This document shows, piece after piece, positions 7,493 through 16,903 of a stretch of 57,902 bases of DNA. The notes beneath the pieces were generated by a model, which worked only from the letters and a program-made list of their open reading frames with translations, did not search any database and was not told the DNA's origin. How positions within the stretch are numbered: position 1 is the stretch's first letter; every line of letters starts with the position of its first letter. Both the position numbers and the translations under genes were made by a program. This DNA comes from an uncultured bacterium (GTDB lineage: Bacteria; Abyssobacteria; SURF-5). The stretch spans positions 1 to 57,902 of the forward strand of contig CAZEBC010000002.1 in assembly GCA_964510165.1 (NCBI GenBank). The letters run 5' to 3'.

Positions 7493-8791
7493 ATGAAGGT
7501 GAGGCTGCGGTATGGACGGAGCGGCCTTGATGTTGTTGTACCGGATGAGTGTGAGGTGAGCGTGTTCCGAACCGGGGAGATGCCGGTGCTGATTGACCCG
7601 CTCGCCGCTGTTCGGGAAGCCATAGAGAATCCGATCTCGTCTCGACCTTTGAGCGAACTGACGTCGGGTCGGCGGACGGCATGCGTCGTTGTTTCCGACA
7701 TCACGCGGCCCGTTCCGAATACGGTCTTACTGCCTCCCATTCTCAGCGCGCTCGAATCGGAGGGAATATCGTCCAAGAACATTCGAATTCTGGTGGCGAC
7801 GGGCATCCATCGCGCTTCGACGCGAGAGGAGCTTGTCGAGATGCTCGGCGAGGATATCCTGTCAAGATATCCGATTGTGATACATAATTCTCGTAACCCC
7901 TCTGAGATCGAGAGGCTTGGATACACGCTCAGGGGAACCCCGATTGACATCAATCGGTTATATGTCGAGAGCGAGTTGAAGATGGTGACGGGGCTGGTCG
8001 AGCCGCATTTCATGGCCGGGTTTTCGGGCGGGCGGAAGTCGGTGGCGGTCGGGCTGACGTCGGTGGATGCAATAAAGCACCTTCATGGGCCAGCCTTGCT
8101 TGAGCATCCTCAGGCGAGAAACTGTGCGCTTTCGGGCAATCCGCTGCATGAGGAGCTTACCGAGATGGCGATGAGGACGGGAGTTGACTTCTGTGTTAAC
8201 GTGGTGCTGGACTCCGAGCGTCGGATTGGCGGCATTTTCTGCGGGGACCTTATCGAAGCCCATAAGGTGGCCTGCGATTTCGCCAGCCGCTATTGCGTGC
8301 TCAAAACGGACAAGAGCTTCGAGGTTGTCCTGACGACGGCGGGTGGATATCCGCTTGACACCACGTATTACCAGGCTGTGAAAGGGCTTGTCGGGGCGCT
8401 TGATGTGGTGACGCCCGGGGGCGCCATCATCCTCGCGGCTGAATGCTCCCACGGGCTCGGCAGCGGCGAATTTCGGCAGGTGTTGTGCGAGTTTGGAGGG
8501 TGCGGCAACGATTATGATGAATTTCTCAAACACATTTCGCGGCCTGACAATTTTGTTATTGACCAGTGGGAAGTCGAGATGCTGCTTAAGGCGCTAAAGA
8601 GGAACAAAGTGTACGTTTTCTCGGCAGGAATTTCTCAGGAGGACTGGCCGCTGACATATGCGCAGAGAGTTGAATCGGCGGAGGAAGGCGTTTCTTTGGC
8701 AATTACGAATGCCAGGAAACCCCATCGAATCGCGGTTATTCCGGAAGGCCCATACATAATTCCCATGGTGCAGTCGCGGGAAACCCATTGA
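7493..8791 (+). CDS. larA: LarA-family nickel-pincer-cofactor-dependent 2-hydroxyacid racemase/epimerase homolog
   Basis: 432-aa ORF. The motifs LVATGIHR, VEPHFMAGFSGGRKS and KHLHGP correspond to the catalytic His pair, the NPN-tethering Lys and the Ni-binding His of lactate racemase. Confidence 0.85.
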   Translation: MKVRLRYGRSGLDVVVPDECEVSVFRTGEMPVLIDPLAAVREAIENPISSRPLSELTSGRRTACVVVSDITRPVPNTVLLPPILSALESEGISSKNIRILVATGIHRASTREELVEMLGEDILSRYPIVIHNSRNPSEIERLGYTLRGTPIDINRLYVESELKMVTGLVEPHFMAGFSGGRKSVAVGLTSVDAIKHLHGPALLEHPQARNCALSGNPLHEELTEMAMRTGVDFCVNVVLDSERRIGGIFCGDLIEAHKVACDFASRYCVLKTDKSFEVVLTTAGGYPLDTTYYQAVKGLVGALDVVTPGGAIILAAECSHGLGSGEFRQVLCEFGGCGNDYDEFLKHISRPDNFVIDQWEVEMLLKALKRNKVYVFSAGISQEDWPLTYAQRVESAEEGVSLAITNARKPHRIAVIPEGPYIIPMVQSRETH

Positions 8792-8844
8792 GAGGCATGA
8801 GTTTTGCTTGCTCTACGCGGGGGATTTGTTACGTAAGAGGGGTT

Positions 8845-8863
8845 GGGCGCGTGCCGTGCGCCC
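8845..8863 (+). terminator. GC hairpin downstream of the larA homolog (possible terminator, no U-tract)
   Basis: GGGCGC gtgccgt GCGCCC lies 54 nt after the stop codon and is followed by TTACAAAC. Confidence 0.3.
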
Positions 8864-8907
8864 TTACAAACGACCATTGTGCGGCGCCGCGGAAGGGTTT
8901 CGGTTGA

Positions 8908-8936
8908 TTGACTTTGCCCAAAACGGGGTTTATAAT
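8908..8936 (+). promoter_or_regulatory. near-consensus sigma70 promoter of the gsp operon
   Basis: TTGACT at 8908-8913, a 17-nt spacer, then TATAAT at 8931-8936. It lies 24 nt upstream of the gspC ORF start. Confidence 0.65.
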
Positions 8937-8959
8937 TAAAGAGTTGAAATCTCCAGTGT

Positions 8960-9904
8960 TTGAGGTGTGTCTTGATTCTGAGGGTTCAACAACTTAGGGC
9001 AGCCTTTTGGGGCGCCGATTTATTGCTTACTGCTATAGTTGTTTTCTTTGTAGTGAAATCAGCGGGGCATCTGATTGCCTCACCGAAGATTGTGCCTGAG
9101 CCGCTGTCGAATCCAGCGACTGGCACCTTTAGCGCCACCCCCCCGTCGATCAAACCGTATGAGCACTACGCCGCGCTCAGGGGCAGCGATCTTTTTGGGA
9201 AGTTGTCGTCGGCCAATGTGGCTGCCAAGCAAATTGAGGAAAAACTGCCCGAGACGACACTCGACCTGGAACTCCTGGGCGCAGTCGCTTCGGCAACTCC
9301 GGAATTGAGTTTCGCGATCGTCCGGGACAAGAAGAGCCGCACGGAAGGCACGTATGGAATAGGAGACTACATCACAAGTAATGTGAAGGTCGAGGAGATT
9401 CGTCAGTATGAAGTCGTCATCTCGCACTCAGGCAGGCGCGAGGTCCTGGCGATGTCGTTCCTTGATGAAAGCCCGTTCACGATGACGAGCACAGGCCCGT
9501 TTGGGGCCGTCATGCCCTCGGCCTTTCGGCCTCCTGCGCCGGCGTTTCCCGGTTTGGAGGAGCCGATCCGCGTGATTAACGAGAACCTGCGCTACATAAA
9601 CCGCGAAAAGCTGACCCAGCAGATGGGAGGCGGCCTGGTGCAGATGATGGGTGATTTTCGCGCCAGTCCGAATGTCGTGGACAACAAGCCCGCCGGCGTG
9701 CGCGTGGACCAGCCTGGTTCGGGCCCGCTCGTGAGCCAGACGGGGATACTTCCGGGTGACATCATAAAGAGCGTGAACGGGATACGTGTGAATTCGATGG
9801 AGGACATAGTATCGAACAGCGCACGGCTCGAGAATGCGCCCGAGATACGAGTGGTGGTGGAACGAGATGGCCGCCACCGGACGCTTGTGTACAAGATTCG
9901 CTGA
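8960..9904 (+). CDS. gspC: type II secretion system protein C (TM + HR domain + C-terminal PDZ)
   Basis: The N-terminal TM helix is LLLTAIVVFFVV. The HR-like segment is LELLGAVAS..SFAIVRDKK..GTYGIGDYI. The PDZ segment is GILPGDIIKSVNGIRVNSMEDI. The start is uncertain: TTG 8960, or TTG 8972 preceded by GAGG. Confidence 0.75.
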   Translation: MRCVLILRVQQLRAAFWGADLLLTAIVVFFVVKSAGHLIASPKIVPEPLSNPATGTFSATPPSIKPYEHYAALRGSDLFGKLSSANVAAKQIEEKLPETTLDLELLGAVASATPELSFAIVRDKKSRTEGTYGIGDYITSNVKVEEIRQYEVVISHSGRREVLAMSFLDESPFTMTSTGPFGAVMPSAFRPPAPAFPGLEEPIRVINENLRYINREKLTQQMGGGLVQMMGDFRASPNVVDNKPAGVRVDQPGSGPLVSQTGILPGDIIKSVNGIRVNSMEDIVSNSARLENAPEIRVVVERDGRHRTLVYKIR

Positions 9905-9948
9905 GTGACAGCCGAAGTGACGAGTGGAACCGTGGGAGAAGCAAGCGG

Positions 9949-12135
9949 ATGAGCCTAGAGCGGATGTTCCTTGTCGGAGTTCTTATCATCGGTTTGACAG
10001 TGGGTTTGGAGACAGCGGCCCTGGGGCAGCCGCCGACGCCTCCCGTATCCGACCAGCCGCCTGCACAACCGGTGCTGCCGCCTGCACAGCCTGTATTGCC
10101 GCCCGCGCAGCCTTCACCGCCGGAGCGGATGAACGACGAGATATCAATCAATTTCGATAACGCGCCGGTTCTTGAGGTCATTGATGTCATGAGCCGGGTC
10201 ACGGGCAAGAATTTCATATTGGACCCTGCGGTAAAGGGTAACGTCACCGTGATAGCGCCAAGGCGGGTGCCGAAGGATGAGGCGTTCGGGATGTTTGAGT
10301 CTATCCTGGAGATGAACGGTTTTTCTCTTGTAGACATGGGTAAAGTGATAAAGGTTGTTCCAAGCAGGACGGCGACTCAAAAGAGTATTCCGGTAAAGGC
10401 CGGGAGGGAATCGGCCGAGGTTCGGGAGCGAGACTACGTGGTCACGCAACTGATCCCGATAAAATACACGGACGCGCAGATGATCGTGACGGTTCTGACC
10501 CCGCTGATTTCCCGGGACGCTAACATCACGGCGTATGTGAATACCAACACCGTAATACTTACTGAGATGGCTTCCAACGTCAAGCGCCTGTTGAAAATTG
10601 TGGAAGAAATAGATATCCCCGGCTTCGAGGAGACCATCACGATCATACCGCTGGTCAACGCGCAGGCCGACGTGCTGGCACAGGAAATCCTGCAGGCGCT
10701 CGAGCCGGAAGCGGGAGTGGCTGCGCCAGGGCTTCCGGCAACCAGGACACGCAGGCGGACGGCGGCCCAGATAACGCCGACGGGCGCGCCCGCGTCACAG
10801 ATAAAGCTTATCCCCGATCTGCGGACCAATTCGCTCATCGTGGTCGCCAACGAATACGACACGGAACAGGTGAAGTTTCTGGTAAGAGAGTTGGACAAGG
10901 AGACCCCCGTCGAAGCCAATAACATTCACGTATATCGCCTGCAAAACGCCCTGGCCGAGGATGTGGCCGCCGTTCTGACGAGCCTTGCTACGACGACCGC
11001 TCCGGCGGCGGCCGGCGCTCCGGGAGCAGCGGCAGCGGCGGCCCCGACGACAGGCGTGCGCACGTTTTACAAAGAAGTTTCGGTAGTCGCCGACAAGACG
11101 ACCAACTCGCTCATCGTTGTTGCGACCCCGCAGGACTATGCCGTGATGGCCCGGGTTATAGACCAGCTCGACATCATGCGGCCTCAGGTGCTGGTGGAGA
11201 CTCTGATAGCGGACGTGAGCCTCAATTTCGCGCGCGACCTTGGGATCAGGTGGCAGATTGCGGGCGGTGGAGAAGACCCCGCGTTTGCTGCGGTAAGAGA
11301 AGAGGCGGAGACCGGATCGATAGCGAGCGGGATTGCCCAAAGTCTTGCAGGGGGCAGTGCCGTGGATGACGCGGTGGACCTACTGCCGGGTGTTACACCT
11401 GCAGGCATCTCAATAGGCTATTTGGATATAGATGCCGACGTCTTGAGAGCATTTATTGAGTTGAACGCTTCGGAGTCTGACTCCGATTTGAACGTTCTCT
11501 CAGCGCCGCATATACTCACTTTGGACAATGAAACCGCCATAATCAACGTTTCACAGAGCGTGCCATTTGTAACGTCACAACTTGCCGACACCGGCGGAAC
11601 GAGCACGCTGGCCACGAGCACGACGTTCGAGTTTCGGGATGTCGGCATTATTCTCGAGATCACGCCTCATATCAGTCCCGAGAGGATGGTGCGGCTAGAA
11701 ATCAAGCAAACAGTCAACAGTGTGGCTCAGGTTGATACGGCAGGTTTGGAGGACGTGATAACTGAGAACAAACGAGAGGCCGAAACGACCCTCATGGTGA
11801 AGGACGGACACACGTTGGTGCTCGGCGGGCTGATGGAAGAAACCGACAATGTAACTGAAGGCAAGGTTCCCTTTCTTGGCGATATTCCGATTCTCGGGTG
11901 GGCATTCAAGAGCAAGCATAATGAACGCCGAAAGACCAACCTGCTGATTTTCATAACGCCGAGAATCGTGACGAACATTGCCGAGGCCAACGAAGTGACA
12001 ATTGAGAAGAAGGGCGCTGCGACGGAGCAGATGCTCGAACAAATGGACGGCTCGCCCACGTTCAGAAAGAGCAAGACATTCGGCGATAACGCGATGTTGA
12101 TGGACGATCTCCAGGAGGCCGGACCGAAATGGTGA
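9949..12135 (+). CDS. gspD: type II secretion system secretin
   Basis: 728 aa with a signal peptide and N0-N3-like repeats. The secretin core includes VPFLGDIPILGWAFK...LLIFITPRIV. Confidence 0.9.
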   Translation: MSLERMFLVGVLIIGLTVGLETAALGQPPTPPVSDQPPAQPVLPPAQPVLPPAQPSPPERMNDEISINFDNAPVLEVIDVMSRVTGKNFILDPAVKGNVTVIAPRRVPKDEAFGMFESILEMNGFSLVDMGKVIKVVPSRTATQKSIPVKAGRESAEVRERDYVVTQLIPIKYTDAQMIVTVLTPLISRDANITAYVNTNTVILTEMASNVKRLLKIVEEIDIPGFEETITIIPLVNAQADVLAQEILQALEPEAGVAAPGLPATRTRRRTAAQITPTGAPASQIKLIPDLRTNSLIVVANEYDTEQVKFLVRELDKETPVEANNIHVYRLQNALAEDVAAVLTSLATTTAPAAAGAPGAAAAAAPTTGVRTFYKEVSVVADKTTNSLIVVATPQDYAVMARVIDQLDIMRPQVLVETLIADVSLNFARDLGIRWQIAGGGEDPAFAAVREEAETGSIASGIAQSLAGGSAVDDAVDLLPGVTPAGISIGYLDIDADVLRAFIELNASESDSDLNVLSAPHILTLDNETAIINVSQSVPFVTSQLADTGGTSTLATSTTFEFRDVGIILEITPHISPERMVRLEIKQTVNSVAQVDTAGLEDVITENKREAETTLMVKDGHTLVLGGLMEETDNVTEGKVPFLGDIPILGWAFKSKHNERRKTNLLIFITPRIVTNIAEANEVTIEKKGAATEQMLEQMDGSPTFRKSKTFGDNAMLMDDLQEAGPKW
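10057..10119 (+). repeat. 3 x 21-nt in-frame tandem repeat encoding PPAQPVL-PPAQPVL-PPAQPSP in the GspD N-terminus
   Basis: The units are ccgcctgcacaaccggtgctg / ccgcctgcacagcctgtattg / ccgcccgcgcagccttcaccg. Confidence 0.9.
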
Positions 12136-12292
12136 TTAGTCATTTCTTCAGTGTTGCATTAAGCTTGAGTATGGATTGCCGCTTTCGCAGGAATGACATA
12201 GGTGCGGGAATGACGCATGGTTATGTCTGTGCGAAATGCGCAATGACTCATGTCGTTGCCTATAAGAATTGCGCGGACTCTGAGGTAATGTA

Positions 12293-14011
12293 ATGACGAC
12301 TGTTGCTGCAACAAAGACAATCCGCAATTTCCTCGTGCAGAAGGGCTTCCTTTCGCGCGAGCAGTTGGAGGAAATCACGCGGGTCCAGGACGAGAAGGGA
12401 GTCGGCTTCTTCGAGGCCGCCGTCGAAAGCGGGGTTCTTGCGGAAGAGGACTATCTGCGGGCGGTCAGCGAATTTCTGGACTTTCCGTATCGCCCGAAGA
12501 TAGACGCGCAGGTCAATCCGACTATCTTATCGAAGGTTCCCCTTTCCTTCATCAAGGAAAACAAGGTCATTCCGATCTGCGAGGAGGACGGAACATGCCT
12601 GGTCGCGGTGCATGACCCATTCAACATGGCGCCGGTAGACGACCTCAAGATGCTGCTTGGGATGCCGCTCTCCGTGATCGTGTGCCCCTTGTCCGAGATC
12701 GAGCGCATAACCACGCATTACTTCGATTTGCAGAACCATTCGGCGGCGCAGGTCATCATGGATATGGATGAGGAGGATATGGGCGTTCTCTCGATAGACA
12801 CCCCGGAGGAACGCCGCGATTTGCTGGACCTCGCCAACGAGGCGCCCATCATCAAGCTGGTCAACGTGGTCATCTCGCAAGCGGTCAAGGAGCGGGCGAG
12901 CGACATTCATATCGAACCGTATGAGAAGGAATTAAGGGTGCGCTACCGCATTGACGGCGTGCTCTATCAGGTATTGAATCCACCGCGCTCGTATCACGCG
13001 GCCATCGTCTCGAGGATAAAGATAATGGCCAATCTGAACATAGCCGAGCGCAGGCTGCCACAGGACGGCCGCATAAAGATCATGTTGAGCGGGCGGGAGA
13101 TCGATATCCGCGTCTCGATCGTGCCGACCGCGTTCGGCGAGCGGGTGGTCATGAGACTGCTCGACAAGGGGTCGTTCATCCTGACGCTCGAACAATTGGG
13201 CCTGAGCCCCGAGAACAAGACGCAGTTCGAGCGGCTGCTGGAGTATTCGCACGGCATCATCTTGATGACAGGTCCGACCGGCAGCGGCAAGACGACGACA
13301 CAGTATGCTGCGCTGAACCGTCTCAACTCGATGGAGAAGAACATCATTACCGTTGAGGACCCCATTGAGTACATGATGGACGGCATCGCGCAAATACAGG
13401 TGAAGCCCAAGATAGACCTTACGTTTGCGAACGGCCTTAGGTCGATCCTCCGGCAGGACCCCGACATAATCCTCGTGGGCGAAATCCGCGACATAGAGAC
13501 TGCCGAGATGGCGATACAGGCCTCACTGACTGGCCACCTGGTGTTTAGCACACTGCACACCAATGATGCTTCGGGCGCCATCACGAGGCTCCTGAACATG
13601 GATATCGAGCCATTCCTGGTGTCCTCGTCCGTGGTGGCGGTGCTGGCGCAACGGCTGGTACGCACCATCTGCAAGGCCTGCAAGACCTCCTACGTGCCTG
13701 ACGATCTCGAACTCGACAATATAGGCATTGAGAGGAAGCGCCTGGTTGACGGAGTGCTCTGGCGCGGCAGCGGATGCGCTGACTGTGTGGGGCGAGGTTA
13801 CAGGGGCCGCACGGGCATTTTCGAGTTGTTGCTGGTGCGCGAGAACATCCAACGGCTTGTGCTCACCAACGTGGACTCGAATACGATCAAGAAGGAAGCC
13901 ATAACGACCAACAAGATGACGACCTTGAGGGAGGACGGCGCGCGAAAGGCCATCGCGGGCATCACGACCGTTGAAGAAGTGTTGCGGGTGACCCGCGAGG
14001 ACATCGTTTAG
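12293..14011 (+). CDS. gspE: type II secretion ATPase
   Basis: 572 aa. Walker A is GPTGSGKTTT. The Asp box, His box (LVFSTLHTNDA) and tetracysteine motif (CKACK...CADC) are present. Confidence 0.92.
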   Translation: MTTVAATKTIRNFLVQKGFLSREQLEEITRVQDEKGVGFFEAAVESGVLAEEDYLRAVSEFLDFPYRPKIDAQVNPTILSKVPLSFIKENKVIPICEEDGTCLVAVHDPFNMAPVDDLKMLLGMPLSVIVCPLSEIERITTHYFDLQNHSAAQVIMDMDEEDMGVLSIDTPEERRDLLDLANEAPIIKLVNVVISQAVKERASDIHIEPYEKELRVRYRIDGVLYQVLNPPRSYHAAIVSRIKIMANLNIAERRLPQDGRIKIMLSGREIDIRVSIVPTAFGERVVMRLLDKGSFILTLEQLGLSPENKTQFERLLEYSHGIILMTGPTGSGKTTTQYAALNRLNSMEKNIITVEDPIEYMMDGIAQIQVKPKIDLTFANGLRSILRQDPDIILVGEIRDIETAEMAIQASLTGHLVFSTLHTNDASGAITRLLNMDIEPFLVSSSVVAVLAQRLVRTICKACKTSYVPDDLELDNIGIERKRLVDGVLWRGSGCADCVGRGYRGRTGIFELLLVRENIQRLVLTNVDSNTIKKEAITTNKMTTLREDGARKAIAGITTVEEVLRVTREDIV

Positions 14012-14052
14012 ATTGAAGGGGAAAGGGCAAGAGGGACTTGGATACAACTCCG

Positions 14053-14097
14053 GACGCTAAACCCTGAACCCTGAACGTTGAACTCTAAACCCTAGAC
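14053..14097 (-). repeat. heptanucleotide tandem-repeat array, copy 2 (inverted orientation)
   Basis: The reverse complement reads GTC TAGGGTT TAGAGTT CAACGTT CAGGGTT CAGGGTT TAGCGTC. Confidence 0.9.
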
Positions 14098-14247
14098 TCA
14101 GTTTTGCCCGGGGAAAGGGAGCGGATTCATGACCAGGCTGGCGTAAGGGTTATGTCTGCTCCCGTGATTTTTGAATGCAATAAGGTGAAAGGGTCCCAAG
14201 GACGTGCGAATGAATTCGCGCGCACGCTCTCACCGTGAAGGTTGTTC

Positions 14248-15468
14248 ATGCCTGTCTACGAATATACGGCCATAAATAACGTCCAAAGAAAAGTGAAGGG
14301 CGTGCTGGACGCCGACAGCGCTTCTGCCGCGCGGGCCAAGCTGCGAGAGATGAGCTTGCTGCCCGTTGAGGTCGAGGAGGCGCGGGCCGTCGCCAAGTCA
14401 GCGCGAGAGATAGCCATCTCGGATATTCTCGCGAGGCCCAAGACGGCCGACATCGCTCTTTTTACGCGGCAGGTAGCGGTCTTACTGCAGGCCGGCATGC
14501 CGCTTGTGGATGCGCTCAACGCCGTACTTGAGCAGATCGAGAGCAAGGGCCTGACGAAGGTGGTGTACGATCTGAAGGAGACGATCAGCGAGGGCGCCGC
14601 GCTCTCGGCGGCCTTGGCGAAGCATCGGCGCTATTTTCCGGCGCTGTATGTGAACATGGTAAGGGCCGGCGAGTCGTCGGGCGCGCTGGAGATAGTGCTG
14701 TTTCGACTAGCCGAATACATGGAAAAGCAGCTCAAGCTGCGAAGGCGAGTCACCTCGGCCCTCCTGTATCCATGTCTCATGACGGTTGTGGGCTTCGGAA
14801 TTCTGTTCTTTCTCATTACCTACATAATCCCGACGATCACCAAGATATTTCAGCAGGTCAACCAGGCGCTGCCGACTCCGACGATCATCCTGATAAATGT
14901 TTCGAATTTCATGAGGACCTACTGGCTGGCCATGCTCGTAGCGGCGGCTCTGGCGGCGCTCGGAATCAATCGCTACTTCAGTACGGAGGCAGGCGGCGCG
15001 GTGTGGGACAAGCTGAAGCTTTCGCTTCCGGTTTTCGGAAAGCTCAACCGCAAGATGGCGGTCGCCCGCTTTGCGCGTACGCTGGGGACGCTCACTCAGA
15101 GCGGGGTTAACCTGATTGATTCGCTCGAGATCGTCAAGAGCATCGTGAACAACCGTGTCTTTGCGCGGGCCATTGACGAAGCAAAGGAAAGCGTGAAGAA
15201 GGGCGAGGACCTGGCAGTCTCGCTGAGGCGGTCCGCCGTGTTTCCGCCGGTGCTCATCCACATGGTGGCCGTCGGCGAGCGGAGCGGCCAACTTGAGGAT
15301 ATGCTGGTCAAGGTGGCGGACACATTCGAGGATGAGGTAGATACGGCGCTTCTGGGGTTGGTGTCGCTGCTGGAGCCGGCAATGATTGTGGTGATGGCGA
15401 CGATCGTCGGGTTCATCGTTCTCGCGGTGCTGCTGCCCATATTTGAGATAAACCAGATGGTCCAATGA
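14248..15468 (+). CDS. gspF: type II secretion inner-membrane platform protein
   Basis: The track ORF is 14242-15468. ATG 14248 is preferred because GAAGG lies 6 nt upstream. It shows the duplicated GspF/PilC architecture with three TM segments. Confidence 0.9.
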   Translation: MPVYEYTAINNVQRKVKGVLDADSASAARAKLREMSLLPVEVEEARAVAKSAREIAISDILARPKTADIALFTRQVAVLLQAGMPLVDALNAVLEQIESKGLTKVVYDLKETISEGAALSAALAKHRRYFPALYVNMVRAGESSGALEIVLFRLAEYMEKQLKLRRRVTSALLYPCLMTVVGFGILFFLITYIIPTITKIFQQVNQALPTPTIILINVSNFMRTYWLAMLVAAALAALGINRYFSTEAGGAVWDKLKLSLPVFGKLNRKMAVARFARTLGTLTQSGVNLIDSLEIVKSIVNNRVFARAIDEAKESVKKGEDLAVSLRRSAVFPPVLIHMVAVGERSGQLEDMLVKVADTFEDEVDTALLGLVSLLEPAMIVVMATIVGFIVLAVLLPIFEINQMVQ

Positions 15469-15484
15469 GGAGGGAGGAGTAAGA

Positions 15485-15937
15485 ATGCGAAGGGAAACGC
15501 GGGTTCGCGAGCGCGGATTTACATTGATAGAATTGATGGTGGTCATCGTAATCATTGGGATGCTCGCCGCGATTATTGTGCCGAGATACATGGACAGCCT
15601 GGCACAGGGCAGGATCACCACGACAAAGAATCAGATCAGAAATCTTGAGGGGGCATTGAAGTACTTCTACCTCGACAACGGATTCTACCCATCCACCGAA
15701 CAGGGGCTGGATGCCCTGATAAACCAGCCGACCGCTGGGAGGATTCCGACGAACTACAAGCCGCGTGGCTACCTGGAGGCAGAGGAACTGCCCAAGGATG
15801 CATGGGGCAACGAGTTCATTTACAGATCTCCTGCGGCGAATGAACGGTTCGATTACGAGATAATCTCTTTTGGGGCAGATGGCATTGAGGGAGGGGAAGA
15901 CGAGAATGCCGACATCGTCAGTTGGAGCATTCAGTGA
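15485..15937 (+). CDS. gspG: major pseudopilin
   Basis: The prepilin leader and cleavage motif is RG|FTLIELMVVIVIIGMLAAI. The GspG-type C-terminus is DAWGNEFIY...ISFGADG. Confidence 0.92.
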   Translation: MRRETRVRERGFTLIELMVVIVIIGMLAAIIVPRYMDSLAQGRITTTKNQIRNLEGALKYFYLDNGFYPSTEQGLDALINQPTAGRIPTNYKPRGYLEAEELPKDAWGNEFIYRSPAANERFDYEIISFGADGIEGGEDENADIVSWSIQ

Positions 15938-16541
15938 CGACCGGCGCCTTGGCGGCCGCTCAAGCCGCGGATTCACGCTGATCGAACTCATGATGGTCAT
16001 GGCCATTATCACGGCGATAGCGGCCATTGTGCTTCCTCGCCTCGACCCGTTCGTTCTCCAGAGAAGGCTCAAAAGCGCGGCCCGTCTGCTTTCGGGGACT
16101 ATCAGCCTGGCATACGGCGAGGCCATCTCGAAGAACACGACGTACAGGCTGTATTTTGATGTGAACGAGGGCACATATTGGATCACGGAAGTCGAGAAGC
16201 TCGAGGAAGACGAAGGCGAGAGCACGGCTGTCGGGATCAGGATAGGTACGGGATTTGAACTGTTGGAATATACGGACGGTGCGGAGAAGGTGGAGGAGAA
16301 GGCGCCCACCGAGCCGATGTTCGCTCCCAAACAACTGCCGCCGGGCGTGCGCTTTGCCTCGGTCGAGGTGGGCCGAGACATCGGCGTGAGTTCGGCCGGG
16401 ACTCGCTACATTGAGTTCAATCCGCTGGGCAGCGCCAGCCCGGCCACCATCTCTCTTGTCAACGACGAGGGCGAGCAGTTCGTCGTGCGGTACGACGGCG
16501 TGACCGGCATGCCCAGGCTGGTCGCCTCAGGGCGCCAATGA
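15906..16541 (+). CDS. gspH: minor pseudopilin, GspH-like
   Basis: The prepilin motif is SRG|FTLIELMMVMAII. ATG 15906 is the nearest in-frame start before the motif and overlaps the gspG 3' end by 32 nt. Confidence 0.7.
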   Translation: MPTSSVGAFSDDRRLGGRSSRGFTLIELMMVMAIITAIAAIVLPRLDPFVLQRRLKSAARLLSGTISLAYGEAISKNTTYRLYFDVNEGTYWITEVEKLEEDEGESTAVGIRIGTGFELLEYTDGAEKVEEKAPTEPMFAPKQLPPGVRFASVEVGRDIGVSSAGTRYIEFNPLGSASPATISLVNDEGEQFVVRYDGVTGMPRLVASGRQ

Positions 16542-16903
16542 CTGCGAGTCGCTCACAATACGGATTCACCCTGTTGGAGGTCATGGTCGCGTTGGCTATC
16601 ATCGCGAGCGCGCTGGTGACGCTGTTGGGGACGCATCTGATGGGCCTTAACCTCGCTCAGAAACACAAGGAACAGACCTTCGCATCGCTCCTTGCCCGCC
16701 AAAAGATGGAAGAGGTTCTCACAATATCGTTCGACTCGCTGGCAAGCGACTCGGGCGAGTACGAGAACTATCCCGGCTATCAATGGGAACTCGACGTCGA
16801 GGGCGATGATGAGAATCTGAAGAAAGTCAAGATAATCATCGGTTTTCCGCCTGAAGGCAAGTTCGAGGTGGAAACGATGGTTGCGCGGACAGTGGTCGAA
16901 TGA
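16538..16903 (+). CDS. gspI: minor pseudopilin, GspI-like
   Basis: The prepilin motif is YG|FTLLEVMVALAII. It is 121 aa and has an ATGA overlap with gspH. Confidence 0.75.
   Translation: MTASRSQYGFTLLEVMVALAIIASALVTLLGTHLMGLNLAQKHKEQTFASLLARQKMEEVLTISFDSLASDSGEYENYPGYQWELDVEGDDENLKKVKIIIGFPPEGKFEVETMVARTVVE

Noticed and set aside
7107-7496. 129-aa plus-strand ORF (and the nested 7229-7432 ORF) in the mdh / larA-homolog intergenic region, starting with a CPICG-like motif.
   Set aside because: It runs straight through a canonical intrinsic terminator (7313-7351) and a second hairpin. It has no recognisable domain and no convincing RBS. Its Gly/Trp/Cys-rich composition is typical of an out-of-frame GC-rich artefact.
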